A DNA stretch of 64,000 nt from an uncultured bacterium (GTDB lineage Bacteria > Chlamydiota > Chlamydiia > Chlamydiales > JAJFMA01), in NCBI GenBank assembly GCA_964436955.1, contig CAYTFC010000005.1, positions 1,799-65,798 on the forward strand, read 5' to 3'. Made by a program: the position numbers and the translations under genes. A model generated the notes under the pieces. The model saw only the letters and a list, made by a program, of their open reading frames with translations. It ran no database searches and had not been told where the DNA came from. Of the stretch, positions 1 through 8,722 are shown piece by piece (positions within the stretch are counted from its first letter, which is position 1; each line of letters starts with the position of its first letter).

Positions 1-138
1 CATTTGACGTGATCCGATAGGAATGTGTCTGGCTGGATCCTCATCGGGTTCTTCAGCGAAACCGGTTACGCACGTAAGCATTGCGATAACGGTAAATGCC
101 AAACAGGCAAATAGCGTCGTTTTTTTCCTCTCCAACAT
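1..138 (-). CDS. 5' end of a gene running off the left edge; hypothetical protein with a signal-peptide-like N-terminus
   Basis: Minus-strand ATG at 138, then 46 codons with no stop to position 1: MLERKKTTLFACLAFTVIAMLTCVTGFAEEPDEDPARHIPIGSRQM. Basic n-region followed by a hydrophobic stretch. Absent from the ORF track because it is truncated. Confidence 0.35.
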   Translation of the reverse strand, partial: MLERKKTTLFACLAFTVIAMLTCVTGFAEEPDEDPARHIPIGSRQM

Positions 139-221
139 TATCCCTCTCCAATCAATTTATGTTTTGCCGGCATAATGCCGATTGCTCATGGGTGCTAAAT
201 TAAGCCTGAGTCAAGATTCGG

Positions 222-1910
222 TTAATTTGAACATCTCGTACTTATCTGTGGGTAGTTCGGAGACCACATGCGCTTTGCAATTTTGATCTTTAATTCATCT
301 TCAGAGGTATCATCGGCAACACCTGCCTGTATAGCAGCTTTTGATACCGCTAGTGCAATCACTTTTGCGATATCTCTGGAGGCATCGAGGCCTGGCAGGA
401 GTGGCTGCGTTGAATCGTGCAAGGCTGGTGACATCGTGGCTAGGGTTCTGCCTGCGGCAACGAGCATGTCGGTCACGACACGGCGGCAGTTAGTGGCGAC
501 GATGCTTAATCCTAAACCTGGGAATATTAGGGAATTGTTACACTGCGTGATGCGAAATTCCTTGCCTCCAAAGCATACAGGGGCAAACGGGCTTCCTGTT
601 GCTATAAGTGCTCGACCGTCGGTCCAGAGGATCAGATCATCTGGTGCAGCTTCAGAATGACTTGTGGGATTGGATAGCGGAAAAATAATGGGGCGATCGA
701 CATGCTGTGCCATTTCCTTCACAAGCCTTTCTGAGAATGATGCACCTTGTCCAGACACGCCGACAAGGACGGTAGGACGAACTTTTGAAACAACTTCTTG
801 CAATAAGTTGGGTATGTCAGGAGATAACCCATTAGCTTCAATCATTGCGCGATCCTTGGAATAGCGAGCAACGGCAGAATCGAGGTTGTGTTGGAAGCTG
901 CTTACAAGCCCTTTACTGTTTAGCAGCCAAATGCGGTCGAGAGCATCTTTTTCTGATAATCCATCTTCCATCATGGCTTTCACCACTAAATCGCCTATGC
1001 CGGTGCCAGCCGAACCTGCGCCTGAAATGACGATACGCTGATCGATCAATTTGGTGCCGGACACTGCTACAGCAGCGATCAGACCGGCTAAGGTGACGGC
1101 AGCGGTGCCTTGAATATCATCGTTGAAAGAACAAACGCGGTTTTCATAGCGCTCTAGCAGACGTCTGGCATTATTTTTCGCAAAGTCTTCCCAATGCAAT
1201 AGAGTATTAGGAAAGCGTTTGAATAATGCTGTGACAAAGGATTCGACAAAATCGTCGTAATCCTGCCCACGGATGCGCGGATGGCGCCAGCCTAAATAGA
1301 GGGGATCCTCTAGAAGATTCGGGTTATCGGTTCCAGTGTCTAGGAAGATGGGCAGTGTTAATGAAGGATGAATTCCGGCACAAAGTGTATAGAGAGCTAA
1401 TTTTCCAACTGAAATGCCCATCCCTCCGATTCCTTGATCTCCCAAACCTAGAACACGTTCGCCATCTGTTACACAAGCGATGCGTATATCTTCTTGCAAC
1501 CAGTTAGCAAAAATTTCATCAAGGTGGTCCTTGTCGGAATAGGAGACAAACAGACCGCGAGGTCGGCGATAGTGATGGCTGAACTCTCGACAGATTTCGC
1601 CAATAACCGGTGTGTAAATGATCGGCGCCATTTCCACTATATGATCAAAAACCAAGCGGTAAAATAGAACTTCGTTACTGTCTTGAAGCTCCCGCAGAAA
1701 GAGATGCTTGTCAATTGCATTGCTTTTTCGCTTAAATCCATTATAGGCCCACTGAAGCTGCTGCTCAAGAGAACCAAGTCCCGCTGGCAGTAAACCGCGT
1801 AATTGCAAGTCATTACGCTCTTGTGGGGTAAAGGCCACGCCTTTATTTTGTAGAGGTGTTTCTAACACTGATCGTCCACGAGACGATGTCTTTATACAAC
1901 CATGCGGCAT
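222..1910 (-). CDS. maeA: NAD(P)-dependent malic enzyme
   Basis: 562-aa ORF with malic-enzyme motifs VTDGERVLGLGDQGIGGMGISVGKLALYT and FNDDIQGTAAV. Dinucleotide-binding loop SGAGSAGTGIG. AAGGAG RBS upstream of the ATG. Confidence 0.9.
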   Translation of the reverse strand: MPHGCIKTSSRGRSVLETPLQNKGVAFTPQERNDLQLRGLLPAGLGSLEQQLQWAYNGFKRKSNAIDKHLFLRELQDSNEVLFYRLVFDHIVEMAPIIYTPVIGEICREFSHHYRRPRGLFVSYSDKDHLDEIFANWLQEDIRIACVTDGERVLGLGDQGIGGMGISVGKLALYTLCAGIHPSLTLPIFLDTGTDNPNLLEDPLYLGWRHPRIRGQDYDDFVESFVTALFKRFPNTLLHWEDFAKNNARRLLERYENRVCSFNDDIQGTAAVTLAGLIAAVAVSGTKLIDQRIVISGAGSAGTGIGDLVVKAMMEDGLSEKDALDRIWLLNSKGLVSSFQHNLDSAVARYSKDRAMIEANGLSPDIPNLLQEVVSKVRPTVLVGVSGQGASFSERLVKEMAQHVDRPIIFPLSNPTSHSEAAPDDLILWTDGRALIATGSPFAPVCFGGKEFRITQCNNSLIFPGLGLSIVATNCRRVVTDMLVAAGRTLATMSPALHDSTQPLLPGLDASRDIAKVIALAVSKAAIQAGVADDTSEDELKIKIAKRMWSPNYPQISTRCSN

Positions 1911-2029
1911 TGCTATTTCTCCTTAGCTGAGCTGAAAAGTCTACCTTGGAGACGAAATTTTGTCCATGTGAGCATCATTGGCAAAAAGTTTGGGTTAGGC
2001 TATCAATAGATAAAAGGGGGGGGTGCTAT

Positions 2030-3541
2030 ATGGCTAACTCACTCTATCACGGTTCGGGGACCACGCAATCCCCCTGGATGTCTTCCCTCGAAAGTTCGAG
2101 ACCTGCAGTCAACGAAAATGCAACGGTTGACGTCTGTATTGTAGGCGCTGGGATAGCTGGTCTTTCTTGCGCATATACGTTAGCTAAGGCCGGGAAATCT
2201 GTGATTGTCCTAGAGGCTGGAGAAATTGCGTGTGGAGAAACAGAACGGACTACCGCCCATCTTACCGCAGTTTTGGATAGTCAATTTAGCGAATTAAAAC
2301 GATTTTTCGGCTTAGATGGGATGCGATTGGCCGGAGAAAGCCATTCTGCTGCGATCGATTATATTGAGAAAATCGTTAAGGACGAAGGCGATAATTGCGA
2401 TTTTGAACGTCTAGACGGCTATTTGTATGCTCCCAAAGGCGAAAGTCTCGACAGCGAACTCGCCTGCGCGCGCGCGATCAAAGCGTTGGTCGTTGAGCGT
2501 GTGGATGCGCCGCCTGTTCAGCTATGGGAAGGTGGAACGTGCCTGCGTTTTAGCAATCAGGGTCAAATACATCCGATAAAATACGTAAATCTCTTGATCA
2601 AGGCTATCGAGAAGTATGGGGGCAAGATCTACTGTCACTCAAGAGTGACTGAGCTTAAAGGAGGCAAGGATTGCCATGCAAAGACTGCTAACGGCATAAC
2701 AATCCATGCCAGGGCTGTCGTTGTAGCTACAAATATGCCTGTTAATGACCGAGTCATTATCGCGACCAAACAGGCACCCTATCGCACTTACGTGGTGGCA
2801 ATAAAGGTAGCTCCTGGATCGATTCCAAAGGCTCTCTATTGGGACACATTAGAAGCTTATCACTATGTGCGACTAAGTCATGATGGTGACCTGCTCATTG
2901 TAGGCGGAGAAGACCATAAAACAGGACAACAGAAGGATCCCGGGGTCTGCTTCCAAAAGATAGAGAATTGGGCTAGAGCTCGCTTTGCATGCGAAGAAGT
3001 CAGCTTTCGGTGGTCGGGACAAGTGATCGAGCCTTATGACTGCTTGGCATATTGTGGTAGAAACCCTATCGACTTCGATAATGTTTATATTCACACTGGA
3101 AGTTCGGGAAATGGAATCACTAATGGCGCAATTGCCGGAATGCTAATCCCAGATCTTATTTTGGGCAGAAAAAACCCTTGGGAAAAACTGTATAATCCGG
3201 CGCGCAAAACACTTACCGCGGCTAATTTCTACGTCGAAGAGAATCTCAATGTCGCCGCCCAGTATCTCCAATGGGTGATGCCCAATGAAAAAATCAGTGT
3301 CGATGAAATTGAGCCGGGTTGTGGTGCCATTATTCGCAATGGAATGGCGCCGGAAGCTGTTTATCGCGATGAAGAAGGAAAGCTGCATCGCCTATGCGGG
3401 ACCTGCCCTCACTTAGGTGGTATTGTTAAGTGGAATCAGGTGGAGAAAACCTGGGACTGTCCTTGTCATGGCTCGCGCTTTAAAACGAACGGGGATGTTG
3501 TATCTGGGCCGGCTAATGGCCCGCTCAAGCCCGTCGAATAA
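2030..3541 (+). CDS. FAD-dependent oxidoreductase with C-terminal Rieske [2Fe-2S] domain
   Basis: GxGxxG loop VCIVGAGIAGLSCA near the N-terminus. Rieske ligands CPHLGG...(17 aa)...CPCHGSRF at the C-terminus. The ATG at 2030 is preceded by a G-rich RBS (aaaaggggggg); the track start at 1946 is a TTG with no RBS. Confidence 0.8.
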   Translation: MANSLYHGSGTTQSPWMSSLESSRPAVNENATVDVCIVGAGIAGLSCAYTLAKAGKSVIVLEAGEIACGETERTTAHLTAVLDSQFSELKRFFGLDGMRLAGESHSAAIDYIEKIVKDEGDNCDFERLDGYLYAPKGESLDSELACARAIKALVVERVDAPPVQLWEGGTCLRFSNQGQIHPIKYVNLLIKAIEKYGGKIYCHSRVTELKGGKDCHAKTANGITIHARAVVVATNMPVNDRVIIATKQAPYRTYVVAIKVAPGSIPKALYWDTLEAYHYVRLSHDGDLLIVGGEDHKTGQQKDPGVCFQKIENWARARFACEEVSFRWSGQVIEPYDCLAYCGRNPIDFDNVYIHTGSSGNGITNGAIAGMLIPDLILGRKNPWEKLYNPARKTLTAANFYVEENLNVAAQYLQWVMPNEKISVDEIEPGCGAIIRNGMAPEAVYRDEEGKLHRLCGTCPHLGGIVKWNQVEKTWDCPCHGSRFKTNGDVVSGPANGPLKPVE

Positions 3542-3562
3542 CTTCAAACCCGACTTGCTACC

Positions 3563-3750
3563 TACATCGCGTTCATCCTTGTACCCATCCTGCCGCCGAG
3601 CCGCCGAAGGCGATCCTGTATATCTTGTTAAAAAAAATAGATAGCTTCGTTCTGTTAAGTCGATTACTGAGGATAGGAAAAAAACAGGATGAGCAGGATC
3701 GCCTTCGGCGGCTCGGCGGCAGGATAGGTAAAAGGATAAAACTTGATGTA
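3563..3750. repeat. MITE-like palindromic intergenic element (family E), about 188 bp
   Basis: Left arm tacatcgcgttcatccttgtacccATCCTGCCGCCGAGCCGCCGAAGGCGATCCTG pairs with right arm CAGGATCGCCTTCGGCGGCTCGGCGGCAGGATaggtaaaaggataaaacttgatgta. The core is a perfect 33-bp inverted repeat flanked by imperfect extensions, with an A/T-rich loop of roughly 70 bp. Confidence 0.8.
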
Positions 3751-3784
3751 CCGATTAACAGCGTTAATGTTGTAATATGAGCGT

Positions 3785-4729
3785 GTGAAAAAGATGCCCT
3801 GCTTAATCGTTACACATCCTGATTACCAATTGCATCAGACTGGCGTTGGCCATCCTGAATCTCCCAAGCGCGTTAGTGTTATCAACGCTGCGCTTCAAGC
3901 CCATGGGCTTTTGAATTCATCTTCTTTGCTAGTTCCTAGACCTGCGTCGCGGGAAGAACTTGAACTCTGTCATAAGTCTGATTATATTGGATTGGTTTAT
4001 CAGGAAGTATCGACATGTCACGGTGTGACGATGCTTAGCACCGGCGATGTGGTGATTAGCCCGTCCTCCTGGGACGTGGCTTTGCTATCTGCTGGAGGCG
4101 CCCTCACCGCGGTAGACGTTGTAATGGAAGACCGTACTAAAACGGTTTTTGCTGCATTACGTCCGCCGGGACATCACGCAACGTCTGATCGCGGAATGGG
4201 ATTTTGCTTATTCAATAACGTGGCCATCGCAGCCCGCTACGCGCAAAAGCGCTTCAATATTGAGCGCGTCGCTGTTATCGACTGGGATGTCCATCACGGT
4301 AATGGCACGCAGGATATTTTCTATCACGACCCCACAGTCTTTTATTTCAGCGTACATCAATGGCCTCAGTATCCTGGTACTGGGCGTGCCGAAGAAATTG
4401 GCGCAGGCAATATATTGAATTGCCCTATTCCCTCCGACGAGAGGTCTCGTCTGGCGGTAAAAAACGCATTTCAAGATAAACTTCTCCCTGCGATGAAGAA
4501 ATTTAAACCTGAACTTATTTTTATTTCTGCGGGCTTTGATGGTCACACCCTCGATCCGCTTGGCGGATGGAATCTCGAAGACGCAGACTTTGTTGAACTC
4601 ACCCAAACGATTGTCGAAATGGCGAAGCAAAGCGCTCAATGTCGCATTATTTCGGTCCTCGAAGGCGGTTACTCACTGCCAGCTTTAACTACCGTTGTTC
4701 CTAAACATGTGCAGGCTTTATCCACTTAA
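3785..4729 (+). CDS. Histone deacetylase / acetoin-utilisation (AcuC) / acetylpolyamine amidohydrolase family protein
   Basis: HDAC-family motifs RPPGHHA, DWDVHHGNGTQ, FDGHTLDPLG and LEGGY. The start is either GTG 3785 or ATG 3794. Confidence 0.85.
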   Translation: MKKMPCLIVTHPDYQLHQTGVGHPESPKRVSVINAALQAHGLLNSSSLLVPRPASREELELCHKSDYIGLVYQEVSTCHGVTMLSTGDVVISPSSWDVALLSAGGALTAVDVVMEDRTKTVFAALRPPGHHATSDRGMGFCLFNNVAIAARYAQKRFNIERVAVIDWDVHHGNGTQDIFYHDPTVFYFSVHQWPQYPGTGRAEEIGAGNILNCPIPSDERSRLAVKNAFQDKLLPAMKKFKPELIFISAGFDGHTLDPLGGWNLEDADFVELTQTIVEMAKQSAQCRIISVLEGGYSLPALTTVVPKHVQALST

Positions 4730-4786
4730 TCCTTGGTTATGCTATAATGTCTGATTGATTAGCATGACTAAGTGTGATGTGAATAC

Positions 4787-5398
4787 ATGTTCTGTCATGA
4801 AGAATTACCCATTCATCGCATCGACCATCGTCACGATGGTTTGTATGTCATTGAAGTTGTGTCTCGGCTACCGCGTGGGACTCTTCCCATCTCTTCAGCG
4901 CATAGTTGGTTACGACTTTACAATCCCCAAGGAAGTGTCATTAGCTTCGGCTTTTTTGGCGATAGACCCATTATTAGTTTGTGGCAATTCATAAGACATC
5001 TTCGTCCCAGACAGGGAAAAATCATGCTTCCTGATGTCTACGAGGCCGTTACATCAACTCGTGACCAGCTAGTAACGCCTATTGAAATTACAGAGGAGTC
5101 CTACCAGGTTCTGGTCCAATGGCTTTGTAAGGTCCACAAATCTGGCGAAAGAATGTACCATGTTTTAGACACCGCTATCGGAACAAACTGTGCAGGCTTC
5201 GTGGGCGAAGCTCTCCGCTTGGTTGGTATTAAGTTAGGGCGCCTTCATTTTAATATGCCCGCATCCGTCATCCATTGGCAAAAAACTATTCATCGTTGGC
5301 GCGAGCGAGAGTTGAGACAAGTGCTCAACCGAGGCCGTCCGGTTCCTAGCGAAATTCATCACGCCACCTACGATCTACCTCAGGCCATTGAAAAGTAA
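4787..5398 (+). CDS. Hypothetical protein; possible permuted papain-like (NlpC/P60-LRAT-type) Cys hydrolase or acyltransferase
   Basis: 203-aa ORF. An N-terminal His (SSAHSWLRLY) is followed about 95 aa later by GTNCAGFVGEAL, which resembles the NCEHF catalytic-Cys motif of LRAT/HRASLS enzymes. The assignment rests on this motif only. Confidence 0.3.
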   Translation: MFCHEELPIHRIDHRHDGLYVIEVVSRLPRGTLPISSAHSWLRLYNPQGSVISFGFFGDRPIISLWQFIRHLRPRQGKIMLPDVYEAVTSTRDQLVTPIEITEESYQVLVQWLCKVHKSGERMYHVLDTAIGTNCAGFVGEALRLVGIKLGRLHFNMPASVIHWQKTIHRWRERELRQVLNRGRPVPSEIHHATYDLPQAIEK

Positions 5399-5401
5399 GC
5401 G

Positions 5402-5656
5402 TTGTTTGGCCATAATATGGCCATGACTCGAAAAGCTAAACGCCAAAAGACATCAGCGACACCATTTTTTAATCCTTCCCTATCATGGCTTCCAGCTTTT
5501 TTTATGGGCCTGTGCATTGGAATACTTTTGCATTTGATCCCTGGTATGGATGTTATCTTCAGCGAAGCTAAGCGCGGGTATGAAGAAGAAATCACAATGC
5601 CATCATCTCCACAACCCATTATGTGGCGCCCAACAATCCACAAACATTCATCATGA
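5402..5656 (+). CDS. Small basic single-pass membrane protein (hypothetical)
   Basis: MTRKAKRQKTSATPFF followed by the TM segment LSWLPAFFMGLCIGILLHLIPG. Its stop overlaps the mnmA ATG (ATGA), which suggests translational coupling. The true start could be an internal Met (5417 or 5423). Confidence 0.4.
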   Translation: MFGHNMAMTRKAKRQKTSATPFFNPSLSWLPAFFMGLCIGILLHLIPGMDVIFSEAKRGYEEEITMPSSPQPIMWRPTIHKHSS

Positions 5657-6747
5657 GCATTCCTTCAAATAAATCTCCAGCCGACACTACTGTCGTTGTC
5701 GGTATGTCCGGCGGCGTTGATTCCTCCGTTTCCGCGCTTTTGCTAAAGCAGCAAGGCTATCGCGTGATTGGCTTATTCATGCGCAATTGGGAGGAGAATG
5801 ATGAAAATGGAGTCTGTCGCTCTGCTCAGGATTCTGACGATGTGGTCGCTGTGTGTCGATTGCTCGACATTCCACATTACACGGTAAACTTTGCAAAAGA
5901 TTATTGGGACCGCGTTTTTAGTGTGTTTCTTGAGGACTTGAAACGGGGCTACACTCCGAATCCCGATGTTCTATGCAACCGTGAGATCAAGTTCGATGCT
6001 TTTTTAGACAAGGCCATGGCACTGGGAGCGGACTACTTAGCCACAGGTCATTACTGCCAAACCGAGTCTATCAATGAAAAATATGCGCTGCTGCGTGGAA
6101 GAGATCCGGGAAAGGACCAGAGTTACTTTCTGTATACCGTCACCCACGATAAACTTTCCAAAACCATGTTTCCGATAGGAAATTTAGAAAAAAGTGAAGT
6201 AAGAAGACTAGCAGCCGAACATGGATTGCCTACCGCATCCAAAAAAGATAGCACCGGAATTTGCTTTATTGGAAAACGGAACTTTAAAGAATTCATCAGT
6301 CAATACATCTCCTATACACCTGGAAATTTTGTGTCTCTCGAGGGAAAAATCGTTGGCAAACACGATGGCGTTGCCTATTACACGATAGGGCAACGCAAGG
6401 GACTCGGTATCGGAGGGGCTGGCGATGCTTGGTTTGTTGTGAGTAAAGACGTGGAAAATAACGTTGTTTTTGTCACCCAGGGTGGCGATCACCCAGCTTT
6501 GTATCGTAGCAGCTTAATTGCTGACGAAGTCTCTTGGGTGGCTTCTGAGCCACCTGCTATGCCCTTCAAGTGCACGGCGAAGGTGCGTTATCGTCAACCT
6601 GATGTATCCTGCACAGTTGAATTAATCAATCACCAGTTACATGTGGCGTTCGATGAACCGGTGAAAGCCATCACATCCAAGCAATCCGTGGTTCTGTACA
6701 GTGGAGAGCAGTGCCTGGGCGGGGCTATCATTACCTCAGAAACGTAA
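5653..6747 (+). CDS. mnmA: tRNA-specific 2-thiouridylase MnmA
   Basis: PP-loop VVVGMSGGVDSSVSA, NREIKFDAFL and GHYC motifs, with a typical length. The ATG at 5653 is preferred over the track start at 5623. Confidence 0.92.
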   Translation: MSIPSNKSPADTTVVVGMSGGVDSSVSALLLKQQGYRVIGLFMRNWEENDENGVCRSAQDSDDVVAVCRLLDIPHYTVNFAKDYWDRVFSVFLEDLKRGYTPNPDVLCNREIKFDAFLDKAMALGADYLATGHYCQTESINEKYALLRGRDPGKDQSYFLYTVTHDKLSKTMFPIGNLEKSEVRRLAAEHGLPTASKKDSTGICFIGKRNFKEFISQYISYTPGNFVSLEGKIVGKHDGVAYYTIGQRKGLGIGGAGDAWFVVSKDVENNVVFVTQGGDHPALYRSSLIADEVSWVASEPPAMPFKCTAKVRYRQPDVSCTVELINHQLHVAFDEPVKAITSKQSVVLYSGEQCLGGAIITSET

Positions 6748-7488
6748 CAATTGGGCTAGCAAAGAACGAACAAGCGCAATACGGGCTTCATCTGAGGCCG
6801 TTAAGGCGTCGAAAATAACATCCGCTACCTTGCCCTTTACTGACATAGGCCGATAATCCAAATGCGCACCGGTTAGAATGACTCGCCCTGTACCGACTTT
6901 GCAAGACACGATGGCAGCTTCGGGCCCTGTTTCCACATCATCATAAGTTGCAATAACCTGTACATTGGGCTGGTAATCACCTGCATTTTTGAAATAGCAT
7001 CCGCCATTATAGTAAGCATGGAAAGACTGTTGATTGGTCTTCAGGCGAGCAGCATGAGCAACTTCTTCCGTATCATAACGAAAGCCACCAGGTTGATAGA
7101 CGGTCCCACATGCTTCTCCAGGAAAAAACGCTAGTTCACGCGAGCCCGTCACTTCCAATGGATGGCCTATTTCAAACGAAACTTGTGCCGCACCATAGTA
7201 TGCGCCAGCACAGATACCAAGATAGGCCCCACCATTCCGTACAAAATCACGTAGATTAGCATTGGCTGGACCACGCAAATCCTCGTCGTAAGGAACGTCG
7301 CGGCCACCTGGCATAGCAAAGAGCGCTGCTTCTTTTAGAATTTCTCCAGAAACAAGGCTATCAAGATCGACCGAACTCACAACATACCCAGGAGGAACAT
7401 AAGCTTTCAATGTTGCTAGGGTTTCGCGAAAGGAAAGGGGACCAACACCCCTTCCCTTGTACACTAAAACATGCTTAGGCTTGCTCAA
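6736..7488 (-). CDS. Stand-alone BPL_N (biotin-protein-ligase N-terminal, class I glutamine-amidotransferase-like) domain protein
   Basis: HVLVYKGRGVGP, FAMPGGRDVPY and FVRNGGAYLGICAGAYYG match the BPL_N / GATase1-like pattern, including the nucleophile-elbow Cys. TTG start at 7488 with an AAGAGG RBS. Overlaps the bioY stop by 14 nt. Confidence 0.65.
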   Translation of the reverse strand: MSKPKHVLVYKGRGVGPLSFRETLATLKAYVPPGYVVSSVDLDSLVSGEILKEAALFAMPGGRDVPYDEDLRGPANANLRDFVRNGGAYLGICAGAYYGAAQVSFEIGHPLEVTGSRELAFFPGEACGTVYQPGGFRYDTEEVAHAARLKTNQQSFHAYYNGGCYFKNAGDYQPNVQVIATYDDVETGPEAAIVSCKVGTGRVILTGAHLDYRPMSVKGKVADVIFDALTASDEARIALVRSLLAQLLRF

Positions 7489-8050
7489 GGAAGCCTCTTA
7501 AGCGCTGTGAAATGGTGGGCAAAAGAATTGTGGCCATAATGACTTTTAAGATATCTGTCACGACAAACGGCGCCACACCCATTGTCCAGGCAGCACTGGC
7601 TCCCACCAAGCATGATAGCCACGAAAAGCCGAAACTAAGAATGATTGCAGAGCCCAGTAACATGGCAAGTCCAATAGCGATTTGTGACTTTGCAATGGTT
7701 TCGCATAGGTATCCTACGATTAAGGTCACTGGCAAGTAAGCCCATAGATAGCCTCCAGTGGCTCCCGCCAACCAAAATGCTCCCCCATGTCCTTCTGCAA
7801 ACACGGGCAAGCCCATTGCACCTTCACAGAGATAAGCAACAATAGCTAATAAGCCGCGCTTGGACCCTAATAAAGCCGCAACGACAAGGACTGCCTGTGG
7901 TTGTAGGCAGGAAGGCACCGTTGTAAAAGGAAATGGTACGGCAACCTGCGCACAAAGGGCTATAAATAACGATCCGCAAAAAGCGACCAAGAGGTCGCGC
8001 GATGTGACAAAGGTTTTGGACTGATGTAAAACAACTGCGTCAGAACGCAT
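7475..8050 (-). CDS. bioY: Biotin transporter BioY
   Basis: 191-aa polytopic protein with BioY motifs VPFPFTTVPSCLQPQAVLVVAALLG, GLPVFAEGHGG and GATGGYLWAYLP. Confidence 0.88.
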   Translation of the reverse strand: MRSDAVVLHQSKTFVTSRDLLVAFCGSLFIALCAQVAVPFPFTTVPSCLQPQAVLVVAALLGSKRGLLAIVAYLCEGAMGLPVFAEGHGGAFWLAGATGGYLWAYLPVTLIVGYLCETIAKSQIAIGLAMLLGSAIILSFGFSWLSCLVGASAAWTMGVAPFVVTDILKVIMATILLPTISQRLRGFLEQA

Positions 8051-8450
8051 AAATTCGACTCCGTGTGTATTAAGCTGCCACCATAATAAACGAGCGTTTT
8101 AATTTCGCAAAGCAAATCTGCACGCTAGAGATTCGCCATTTTGTCTCAAACAAAAAACGTAATGTTTCCAGCTGACGTCGCTCCGCAGGCAAAGGCTCCC
8201 CCACTCTGGCTTATTGTATGAGTCCACGTTTTTTAAGATAAATCACAAGTAAAGCCCATCTTTTCATCGATTAATTTAATAAAATAGCGACTTATAATTA
8301 ATATTGATGACAAAATAAATAATTATTAATTAACTTTTTTTCCTAGAGCAAGAGCAAATTCATACATTCGTGCTTTACAGGATGTGGAATGACGACTAGT
8401 ATTCAGTTTGGAATGCCAAAAGATATTTTGAGTCTACCAAGGAGTCCTCT

Positions 8451-8714
8451 ATGGCTAATACAAAGCCCTTTCGATTGACTCGCTTGCCTAAAGGAAAAGC
8501 CTTAGGCATCAGCAAAGCTCAAGCCCATCTTCTCATCACCACTCTATTAGCAATCAATCACGGGAAACCGGCAAAGCAAGCCAAGCAAGATTTTAAAAAG
8601 CATGAGTTTACTGCTGGTCCCATTAAAGACACGTCACTCGCTCTGTTGCAACACCTAAAACATTTTTGGGCGGGTAAGCACACAGCCACCCCGGCTACTA
8701 GCAAGAAACGCTAG
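8451..8714 (+). CDS. Small basic hypothetical protein
   Basis: 87-aa ORF with a strong AAGGAG RBS 7 nt upstream and only 8 nt before the next gene. Lys-rich. No recognisable motif. Confidence 0.5.
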   Translation: MANTKPFRLTRLPKGKALGISKAQAHLLITTLLAINHGKPAKQAKQDFKKHEFTAGPIKDTSLALLQHLKHFWAGKHTATPATSKKR

Positions 8715-8722
8715 GAACAGCC

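Noticed and set aside
3417-3644. 75-aa ORF spanning the end of the Rieske gene and repeat E
   Set aside because: It is out of frame within a supported gene and then continues through the palindromic repeat. This is an artefact.
4149-4639. Overlapping ORFs (89 aa on plus, 143 aa on minus) inside the HDAC-family gene
   Set aside because: They are alternative-frame or antisense ORFs inside a gene with intact catalytic motifs, with no independent support.
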